In this document: in pieces, positions 22,890 through 34,098 of the stretch
Numbering within the stretch: position 1 is the stretch's first letter
Layout: each line of letters opens with the position of its first letter
Assembly: GCF_964355755.1 (NCBI RefSeq)
Contig: NC_092671.1
Coordinates: forward strand, 8,804,001 to 8,868,000
Length of the DNA: 64,000 nt
Direction of reading: 5' to 3'
DNA from: Antedon mediterranea
Lineage: Eukaryota > Animalia > Echinodermata
The notes under the pieces: model-generated
What the model saw: the letters and a program-made list of their open reading frames with translations, nothing else
Databases searched by the model: none
What the model was told of the DNA's origin: nothing
Translations under genes and position numbers: made by a program

Positions 22890-25800
22890 ATGCAACAATG
22901 GAGTAGTGATACGTGGTCTGCTTCCACGACAGTTGATAGTCCAGTTCCGTTTTACTCAAGAACCTCAAGTGTATACACGACATCTTCACGAACAGAATCT
23001 TCTTCGACTTCTCATATAAGTAGCGTTGCAAACTCTCACCAAATGCCGTTTTCAAGTCATAGATATCCTTATTACAATAATTTAGACAGTTCATCATCTC
23101 TTACATCAGCGTTGTCGTCTGCATATGGTTCTGATGAGTTCTCGGCATGGACTTCGTACGATTTACCACCTCAACAAAGAAGCTATTCAAGCCATTACTC
23201 ACCAGCAGTTCCAACACCTCTACCTGTGTCCAATGTCACACCATCAACCAGAGAATCCTATCTTTCAAGTAGTCCTTACGGTGTTTCACACAATTCTGGT
23301 TTTCCATTTACTATGTCTGGTGAGTTTTTTTTTCTTTTTAATTTCATATATTCTTCAATTAAACAGAATAATAATGAACAATTAACAATATGGATTGGGA
23401 TTTCATTGAGTGGGTTTATATGTAGGCCTACTGTATTCATTTAATTCATAATTAAATATAATCTATACAAGGAACGTAGTTCGTTCGTCGAGAAAGAATG
23501 TTTTCAAAAAGTACGCCGAATTTTTCAGCTGTAAATATTCAGACAAACAGATTATTGTTGCGTTGGTTTTTATGCAGCATTGACAAATTCTATTTAGGTA
23601 GACTTAATATAAATTGTATTTATTTAATGTAAATCACGTAAGTTAATGACCTTTCTACGTCCAGTAATTATAATTAATGATCTGCCAATTAACAACTTCG
23701 TTAAATTATATGAACAATATTAAACGACCCATAGACTCTTTATCGTTGATCTTTTGTTTACATATTTTTTCACGCACTACTGGAAGAATCACTAATAATA
23801 AGAATGACTTTATTTTTCGATTCATTCATTTTTGTTATTGAAGTTGTTACATTATAGTAATGTTACAACTTGAATAAAAAGATATTCATAATATTATTGA
23901 AGTTGTTATAACGTAACAACTTGAATAAAAAGGTTATTGAATGAATTAAAAAGGAAAATCATTGTTTACTGTTGTCATAACTGATGCTTTCTCATCCCGT
24001 GTTTTGTAAAAACACAATTATGGAAAATATCTGCAGCTTATAAATATAAATGATATTATTTTAAAGTATACGGAGGTTGTACACAACCGAAACGAAAATT
24101 AATTGTGATTGTGTATTGTCTCCAAAAACATGGAAAATACAAGAATCTAAATATTATTAAAGTTATTAAAAAAAAATGATTGCACTTATAAAAAGACAAA
24201 AAAAAAAACAATTTTAACCAAAATACAGTTGTCTTTCAGACAATGTTATGCTTCGGGCTAACTTTAAATTATGGTTTATCAGGTAAATAATTTTCTTTCA
24301 ATCGAATTGTTGGTCAAAGCATGGAGAAGGTTGCGTTTCGTTTCGTTTGTTTCTTTATTTCCATTCACAAAAAAAAAAAACCATTAACATACATAAATAT
24401 TCATAACAAAAATGAAAGAATGGAAAGGGGGAATCTCTGAAGGTCAAAGTAAATACATTACCATGGCATATTCCACAAAAAAGTAACTTACAAAAAATAC
24501 ATTTTTACAAGGCCTAAATAGTCAACCATCAAACTATTATTTCATTGGTCGCAATTCGGGACAATTCATTTTCAGCATAAACGTTGGACTTCATTGATTC
24601 TTAAAATGATCAAATTGATAGGCCTTTATACTTAACTTGCCGTACGTGCAATTACGACGGATGCTTTTACATCCATTGACAATATTGATATAAGCGCTGC
24701 CTAGACAGAGGGCATAAATTTTTACAATGTTTACAGCTTAATATTACGATTACGTCGCAAAGATAATGAACATCACGTTGTGAGTTTACATATTTAGAAT
24801 ATTAATTAAGTATACAAAACTCGGTGATTAAGGATTCTATTAAACAAGCATGATGGAACAAGATATTCAAGCTAATAATAGGCTAGATCCCTTGTCGGTT
24901 TATGTATTGTATCTAGGGGTAGGCGTATTTATGCTTCTTTGGATTATTTTTCCGAATATGTGAGGATCAGAATAATGACAAACATAGTTTTATTTATTGG
25001 AGCATAACATCCAATACAAATTTTTGCCATTAACATTAATGATAAATTAGGCCTACTTAAAAAAAAAACTGCTTTATTACGTACTATAATTATGATATTT
25101 ATTCATAACATTTAATATGCATAATATATTGATACGATGTTTGGTAAAAAGAAGATAATTTAGACATCCCATTCACAATCATTTGATAATTGTTTTTCAC
25201 AATATATTTGAATTTACAATGTGTGTTTTTGTTGGACATTGGCATATTTCATATAGGCCGAATCATGTCTGTTTAGGCCTAGGTATGTTTATTCCAAGAA
25301 AGAAAAAAAGTATTTAAAAAAAAGAATCCACTCAAAGAAGATTGCAAGCTTAATGTTAAATGCATAGCTTCTTATGTACTTCTTATTGGTTATCAAGTTC
25401 TTATTTTTAATATTGCAGTATTATTATTCATTTGGTATTATATTATCGTAGGCCTTAGTCTACTACATTACAATACTTTCTTTAGTGAGGTGGCCCGATA
25501 GTAAGATTTAAAAATCATGAGGTAGCTTCGCGGCGCATCATTGTCATTCACGTGAAACTAACAAAGAACTTGGGTAGAATCATTATTTATTTTAAAACAA
25601 CAAGACAAATTCGCCAATTAAGAGGCTTAACGTTAAGAAGAAACCAAATCAGAGTAACCTAAACAAATTGCGTCTTAACTGCAAACGAAAAATATCAATC
25701 AAGATATACATTTTTAACTATGAATAACTATGCCAAACCTACCTGAGAGGAACATAAAATTGGAACATTATTATATGATAAAAAGACATTTATCAACATT

Positions 25801-25997
25801 ACAATGGATACTTTATAAATTAAACAAATTTAGACAAATTCTATTATGTGATAAACATTTAGTAAAAGAAACATAGGCCTACTGAGGTCGAAAATTAAAA
25901 TTTATCCACAAGATAACTTTTTTTTGTTCAATTTTCGTTCAAAATATAGGCTTATAATATTAACTCCCCCAGTATCAAACACCCCGTTCTTTTTATA

Positions 25998-26047
<50 letters not shown>

Positions 26048-26154
26048 CAAAGAGCTGCATAGGCAGGATATAGAAAAAAATCAAGATCAAATAAGTTAAA
26101 ACTGCCTCAATATAGATTTATTTTAACGACATGTTTCGGGCATAGCCCATCATC

Positions 26155-26188
<34 letters not shown>

Positions 26189-29100
26189 TATTTATAATAT
26201 TAGTATAACTATTATTGTTTTAAACCAATGTTGATAAGTTCATGGGTATTTTTAAAATTTAACCATTGCAAACAGGTAATTAATTAGGCATACTAGTTTC
26301 CATTATCATATTACAGTAATAGTTTACACAAATGATATGCTGATTTTCAGGTCATTAAATTTTACATGCTTGTATTATAGGTGTAAAGTAGACCGATTAT
26401 TTACTTAATGCGGTACGTTATTTAAATCACAAATTAATTCAGAATAATCTGCAAATGTTTTTTAATAATCAGAATTTGATTTTATTTATTTACATGTCAT
26501 TAAAAATAAAGTATGGAATATAATTTCAATTAAAATCAGTAGGCCTATCTGAATATGAAGAAAAAAACAAAGAAAAAGAAGCTGAAAATGAGTTGTTAAA
26601 TGATTTTATTTAGGAGGCACATGTTGTTGGTAAAATGAAGCCTTTTGTTTGTACAATTTCGTTAGATTAAAACGGTTTTACCCTTTATATCTACATCCAG
26701 ATAATCTTGAATGGTTTCCAACATTTCGTCTAATGTACCCTCACTTTTATGACTACCCTTGTCACGTGACTTCTTCCAAGGCTTCGGTTAGTTCCCAGTA
26801 CTATTCCATCGCGTAAAAACGATCTCAAAGAAAAGTACTCTGTATATTAATATAATTGCAAAGATAAATAAATTATTTATAACACAGAAAATGAAAAAAA
26901 AACGACAATGACCAGTATGGTTTCTATTACAGTAACCAGGGAGGTGAGCAGTAACTGTCATCCGCATGTGTGACTCTACAGCTCACTATGTCGGTCGGTT
27001 GGTCGGTAAACACTAACTTGAGCACGCGACTGCAGTTATGTATGGCCTTGTTATTTTAGGCAAGACAATATAAAGAACACTGCAATTTCCATATTGGATA
27101 ATACAAGGAATCTGTATCTATATCTTATGACTATACGTCAATATCATCATCATCAACGTTTATTATATTCAGTTAGGTATAGACCCCAGAAAAAATGATA
27201 CAATGTGTACCGGGTGCCAAAGAACATTCTTTGTCGGCACAACACTAAAGATGTATTGCCCCACAAAACACAAAACATGAAAAAGTAAAGATGAATCTCG
27301 AAGTAATTTGGTTTATAAAAAAGACAAAACAAACAGTTAAATTTTATTAAAAAACCCATTGACTTCCAGACAATGGGCTTTCGGTGAAATTTTCGTTAAT
27401 TTATGGTTTTTATCGGATAAATGAATAACTATTATTTGACATTAAAATGGCATATTCAACAACATTTTTAAACAATATTTCAATCAATTGATCTTTGTCG
27501 GTGGGTTTATTGTTGATTCTTGTTTCATTGTGGTTGTGTTAGGATGATTATTAATATTTATAGTTGTATTATTATATCCACACTTTCACAAATTATATTT
27601 ATTATGCTTAACACTTATATAATATTAATTTGTGAAGTGATCTATAAAACTTTAATATTGTTAATAATATAGTGTAGGCCTACAACTGTACGGTACCGTA
27701 AGGCCAAATAAAAAAACATACTTGTTAAGCGTCACCGCCCGCTCCTGATTATCCAGCCGCCTCTCTTTTTATTTTTATTTTTTTTTTACCGATATACAAC
27801 GGAAAGTTCAGCGGCCCGGCCCAGCTCCAGAGTAGGGCTCGAAATTCACGCTAACAAACTAGCATTTTGCTAGTAGATTCTTCATAATTGCTATTTGAAA
27901 ATTTCAAAACTAGCAAATGTTTGTTAGGCTAGTGTAATTTTTGAAAAATACGTACTTTTTAGCTTAGACAACGCTAGCCGCCGATCGCTCTATGTCGACA
28001 ACGGCAATTTGGTGAAAACAATTGTTTCATTACACGCCGCCGATTTACGTCAAGGAAACGCGAATAGCACCGTGAATCATGTAATGTGGTAAACAGCAAG
28101 CTTTTTCCCCAGCACATTAAATCATGTGCATTTAGTACGTCGCTGAGGATTACATCATCAGTCACGTGATTACAGAATACGCGATTATCAATTTAGGGAT
28201 TTAACGAAATAAATATTTTGCCTACACAGTGGTCAAAGCGCGTTTTTGTATAGGTTCGTAAATAGGAAACACCCCATACATAATGGACTCTACCAATTTT
28301 GTTTACGATGATCTCGCGCTCGAGATTGGCACATCACGAGGTCCTGTTGGGCGATGGGTTTCCTTATGCCTGGTTTACCTGTGGAATAATTACATACACT
28401 TTTTGCATCACAACTTTAAATACTGATTTACACAGCAATTGGCAAAGGATTCATCAAAGAAGAATGAATACGTTGAATAAAAATTCACTTAAGAAATGCC
28501 GTAAGCTGTTTTCAAACTATAAATCAGCCCACTATATTAGTATTATTGAGACCAAATCATGCTTCTCGCGATAGGGAATTTCCTGGATAGATGAGTCGAG
28601 CGAGAGACGGCAGATGGCCGATGAGTGAGGTGGGGGTAGCAGCTTGGACGGATTAGTTAGCCTAGGGCCTACAATTTCGCTTGATGGCAATTAAATTTAA
28701 TGTTTTAATTACGTCTGGATATAAACAATACAAAACTCAATTTTGTCATAAGCAATAATATTTCATACATAGTCAATTTTGTTCTGTTTCGCATTTTAAA
28801 AGTTTGACGTTTCGTCCTAAAAAAAAGTGGGGAAAACGTCCACCGCGCAAAAATATACCTCTATAAAAAGTAAAAAAAACAAAAAAAAAACCGTCCCCCC
28901 GCCCCTGAAAATTTATGAGGGTGTGACGCTTAACAAGTATATTTTTTTATTTGGCCTAATAAATATTCATGCTATTATAAGTATATCATTAATAGACCTA
29001 TACATTACGTCACCATTAAAGTTTGTAGACATAGGCCAATATATTCTATAAAAATATTACAACATTCGGTACTGGTCTACCGATATCTCATCATTTGTTT

Positions 29101-30769
29101 GTACTTTATAATCTGTGTAAATATGAATGGGCAAGTGACTGAAAAATTCTTAAATTCATAAATTCATAAATTCATTTCTACAGTTACAGTTATAGTTAAT
29201 TGTGATATTTTAGTTGATTTAACTAGATATTCGGAATTTAGTTGTTATATAATAAATGTTATCGACTAGTGTTCCGAAAGTGAATTTCTTTAAGACATTA
29301 TGAGGGTCTGTATTTGTGTGGCCATATGTTGACAACAAGAAGATAACGTGTTTACGAACAAGGCCCTGATGATTAAGTTCTTTGCGGCTCGACACCAAAC
29401 ATATTGCCAACAGAACATGTACTAAAATCCTACCATCATAATTCTGCACACAGGCCGCGCCTGTCAATCACGTGCAAATTTGTCTTTCTTTGTCTATTCC
29501 ATTTGCTTCTATCATTTATTTAACAATAATATTGTTTTTCGAAAATACATTTCTACGAAGATAATTAACTGAAAAGAATTACGTCGTTAATAATTCCAGG
29601 TATTTATCGTCTCCCCGTAGAAATATGGCCATTTTGTTTAATTACCTGTAATCAAAGCTTTTAAATGTGTTTAACGTGTTCAACTATAATACTTTATGCT
29701 TCAATAATATATGATATTTCACCGAATATAAATGTTAAACAAATATTAAACATTTATAATCTTCTACATTAAAATTAAACAAACATTACTTTAGTGAATT
29801 TCTATTATTCAATCTTGTGAGGAAAATATTTTGCTTATGTAACCAAACTAAACACAAAAATAGCAATAATAACATTTATTGTTAACTGTATACAATATTA
29901 TAATATTTATTATCAAATCAAATGAAATGTATAGTCGGTAGATCATAGCTGGAGGAATTGGTGCTCTACGAATATATACTTTACCTTTGTATACCGTACT
30001 TTTTAAAATCCAAGATAGACTTCTATATAAATTCATATCTTTTACTTTTATAACGTGATGATAAAGATGACAAAATATACGATGCACTTCCATCACTCAG
30101 TGTCATGATATTGTATACTTAATTAATTAATACAATGATATATATTTATTACTCTTTTTTAAGCGTGAATTTGTCATGAATTTAATTTTACTAAATTATT
30201 TGTTTGTTTTGTTGTTCAGTTAGTACACCGCCTTCTGGATCATGGGTTTCCTCACTCACAAGTACCCCTAGACGAACGAAACGGCGGCCGTATACCAAAT
30301 TACAAATAATAGAACTGGAAAAAGAATTTCAAGAAAACATGTATTTGACGAGAGACAGACGGACTAGGTTAGCAGAGACATTAAATTTAACGGAACGTCA
30401 GGTAAGTGTTACAGATTATTAGGACCTTAAAGTTTCCTGGAAAAGTGGTCTAGTCAAAATACCGTCATGTTTTATAAATATCGATATCTATTATGAACTA
30501 AAATACGTAATTTTTTAACCGTTGTCTAACAAATTAACAAACATTTTAATGAACGAAATCATCATATCATGTTTACAGGATTTAGGCTTAAACTAATTTC
30601 TTTTATTTTATAGGTTAAAATTTGGTTTCAAAACCGTAGAATGAAGTTAAAAAAATTAACAGAAAGAGAAAAACAAGAAAACGAACAAATGCAACGAGAG
30701 AAAGAAGCTCTTGGTGCCAGGATGTTAGCAGTTCAAAGGGCAAAAGCTGCGCAAATGGCGTCTAAATGA
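22890..30769 (+). CDS. Hox11/13: Posterior Hox protein, ambulacrarian Hox11/13b-e type, 3 exons, ~255 aa
   Basis: Exons 22890-23319 (Ser/Tyr/Pro-rich), 30220-30401 and 30614-30769; GT-AG and phase-consistent (768 nt). Homeodomain RTKRRPYTKLQIIELEKEFQENMYLTRDRRTRLAETLNLTERQ|VKIWFQNRRMKLKK, with an upstream Trp (GSW) and a charged C-peptide LTEREKQENEQMQREKE. The exact paralogue is undetermined. Confidence 0.92.
26000..26043. repeat. (TA)n microsatellite
   Basis: About 22 TA units. Confidence 0.95.
26120..26160 (-). ncRNA. Minimal type I hammerhead ribozyme motif (Penelope-like element remnant)
   Basis: The minus strand reads C-CTGATGA-T-GGGC-TAT-GCCC-GAAAC-AT-GTC-GTT followed by AATAAA. This gives an intact core, a 4-bp stem II, a palindromic stem III (ACATGT) and a GUC cleavage triplet. 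Stem I is only about 2 bp because a (TA)n tract abuts it. Confidence 0.65.
26158..26186. repeat. (TA)n microsatellite
   Basis: About 14 TA units directly abutting the hammerhead motif. Confidence 0.95.
27250..27490 (-). mobile_element. Partial, diverged Kolobok-type MITE
   Basis: Begins TAA-AGATGTATTGCCCC. The interior GAATAACTATTATTTGACATTAAAATGG is the reverse complement of part of 32607-32944. Confidence 0.6.
27701..28957. mobile_element. Non-autonomous TIR transposon (~1.26 kb) in Hox intron 1
   Basis: ~38-bp TIR AGGCCAAATAAAAAAA(C/T)ATACTTGTTAAGCGTCAC; CpG-rich interior; no clear TSD. Confidence 0.8.
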
Positions 30770-32606
30770 ACAATGGTGTGATACTATAGAGCTTACGCTA
30801 CCGGTATCTATTGAAACGTTATAGGGCGAACTTCAAGTTGAGCGGGTATATTGATGTCACTTGAGGATCTTTGCACGCAATTGGCTTGACCTAAGTTTCC
30901 TGCAAAAAAGAAGGTATTGGACGATTTGACAGAGCAGTTTCTTCTATCGCGTGACAAAGTAATTTATATAACAAAATCAACAATATGCCTATTATTATTA
31001 TTTACAATAATTATGTATTAAATAATGTGTTTTTTAATGCTGAAAACAATTGCTGATTTGAGACATTGAACTATTATATGCAATATTACAAAAACGTGTT
31101 TATAAAACATGTTTTAAGTACTAGTTATTTAGTTTTATATACTTTATATAATTTATTTAAGATTGTTGCTATTACAATATTTGTTAATTTATTATAATAT
31201 TATATTCGTCCATTATCGAGCTGGTCATTGAATGTGTAGGTCTACTTGCCAATCATATGTAAATGATTGTTTTAGATATACTACAGTTTATTCAAATTAT
31301 ACTATATAGTTCAATATTACACACCCAAGCACCATCTGTTTGTATTGAGCTAAAACTCATTTGCATGCATGTGTACGTTCCGCATGAGTAAACAAGTTGG
31401 AAGGACAATAAATACATTAAATGTACTCTCATTTGATGAGGTACCGTATCTAAAGCGTTAATATTCCCCAAATTAGCAATAATTTTTTTTTTCTAATTGT
31501 GATAGTGTATTTGAGAAATCTCAAATTACCTCAAGTTGACCAGGGTACTTTGTATTTATATTCAATCATATTCCTATATTTATTTTATACGGTAGATAAA
31601 TTAGTATGTTGAACAGTTTATTAATATTTTATTGACATAATAAAACAAAATTAAATAATTAAATTTCAATATTGGTAATGTTACGGAAATTAATTAAAAC
31701 CTGACAGTAATTATTTAAAAAGTATAGTGTTAGACCGAATAGGCCTATTTGTATATATTTTCTATTAAAAAATATAATAACCAGTATTTTATTATTTCCA
31801 ATATTTGGACACACTTGAGCAGTAACGTTAATATTAATACATTGGCCTGGACGCTGCGGCCTGGACATATTCATTTTATGTAAATATTATTGCTAACCTG
31901 GCTTAAATGAAATAGATTTTTAGATTTGTCATATAATAATAATAATACAAAAATAAAATAAAATTATAGCTTATCGAGCAATTTCTTCTTCTCCATAATG
32001 AGGAACATAACATCATAAGAGGCGCTTAATAATAAGCTTCCATAAATATATACAAAAAAAATGTTGACCGGGCTGAGAGGTATTATTTATTTGTAAAAAA
32101 CAAAGAAATGTCGGTTGTCAGCAAATCCGATTATAAAAGATACATATATACATAAACAGACTAAAGAATGACAAAAAGTGTAAAAGTATTGGTTAAAAAA
32201 TATAGACCAAGAGATCTTGAGACATAGCTTTATCCCGAGACGAATTATTATTATTACATTATGTCTTATATTAGTATGATATTTAACGAGGATCCTGTGT
32301 GTATTCTGGGCCATTATGACTTGTTCATCACTTGACTATCACGTTTCGTGGCTGCCCGTACAATTATTATATGAATAATTGATCGCACGAAAAATATTTC
32401 TTATATAAGAATTGGCATCTTCATTGATAAGGGGATGTAATCGGAGGAGAAGAACAAGAAAGCGCTAAAAGAATAAACATTTCGCTGCTTGTACACCATA
32501 TTATTCAGTATAATAGTATACTTTTAATAAGTATACGAGAAAAATCAATGGCTCTGTTTTGCAGAACAGGCGTATCAATGTAGTTATAGTCTTTTTAAAT
32601 ACTTAA

Positions 32607-32944
32607 AGATGTATTGTCCCCCTGAAAAATAATTGTTTTCAATTATTTTGTTCAATACGCCATTTTAATGTCACCTAATAGTTATTCACTTTGACAAAAA
32701 ATTGGATGGGAAAAAAAAATTATTTAACTGAAAAGACTGTAATCTAAAGAAAAAAAAGTCAAATTTGCTGCCAGCCAATGGGGTTTTTGGTTGAATTTAA
32801 CCGTTTATTTTGTCATATTATAAGTTAAAATATTATTTTATCGGGGTTTTTTTCTACGGAACTTTATTAAAACTACAAAATGGCCTATTCAAAGTCTGAT
32901 TTTATTAATCTTCATTTTTCTAGTTTTTGGGGGACAATACATCT
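32607..32944. mobile_element. Kolobok-type MITE (338 bp)
   Basis: TTAA TSD; TIR AGATGTATTGTCCCCC...GGGGGACAATACATCT with RR termini. Confidence 0.8.
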
Positions 32945-34098
32945 TTAAGTATTTTGGACGCGCGCCCTCATTAAATGTGGATCTACAAACTGTGTTGCAA
33001 GTTCACACGGTTAAGTCAATAAACTTGCTAATAATATAGCAAATATAAACAGTCGCTAATATTTCCTGTACAATCTCACTTTAAAGTAAATATTTTACCC
33101 TTAAAATCTTTACTTTCAATAAACATAGCTTGCCATTGTAGGCATGAAAAGTGTATTTATAATCTATAACAACTTCGGAGCGGGTTTTAAAAAATTATTT
33201 AATAGCGAACGTATATTTTAAAAGAGACAGATCGGTTTTGGTAAATCTATATACAAATTGAATATATATACGCGATGGGGAGGGGAAGTTAGGATCGAAT
33301 CTTGAGAAGGAGACGGAGGTGGTATAAAAAGGTATTATCAAACGCCGGTTTGCGCACTGTAAAATACTGTAGCATATAGGCTATAAGTAAAAAGTAAAAA
33401 TAGTGTATTTTCCGTTATTTTGTCCGAATTCCCCGAATCCCCTCCATAGCCTAACGAAATCAAACATAGAGGCTTAAGAGATGCGACACCGGTACTACAA
33501 GAAATGTTGATATAAATCCAGAATTTTAATTTTATATAAACGAAGGAACTTGGGTTATGCCTATATTAATTCAGTGTTTTTGATGTGAATTAAAGTTAAA
33601 ATAATATGGCTAAATATCCTGTAATCAAATACATTAAAATATAAATCTGTGTAATCTATCTGATAGTATGCCTATATTATAGAAATAAAAATATAGCTTT
33701 TATTTTTTTATGGGCAGATCACCAATATAAAGTAATTTAATTGTAATTATTTATTGTGACAGTCAGACAGGTGACACGTCGTTAAAAATCACCGCAACTA
33801 ATTCATAGACAAGATACGTACAAATAGATAGGTACTTGATGGTGTATAGTAGAACGACAAGTGACCCATTCTGCGAAAACTTAGTACGCTTACTTACTAG
33901 CTACACTGAACTTGTTGAGTCTGTTCAATACCGGAAGTTTGGGCTGAAGCGGCGCTATTCAAAGATTTCCTTTCTAAACCGCGCGACAACTTGAGCTGAA
34001 TCCTTCTCATTCCCAAAATAACAGCCAACTGAGGAGTACTACGCTGCGTCTGCTGCTGGAGATCAGCTGTTCGTTCTTTCTGGAGGTTTCCTTCCAAA

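Noticed and set aside
23835-23940. Duplicated palindromic AT-rich motif in the Hox intron
   Set aside because: A short local duplication of low-complexity DNA with nothing supporting function.
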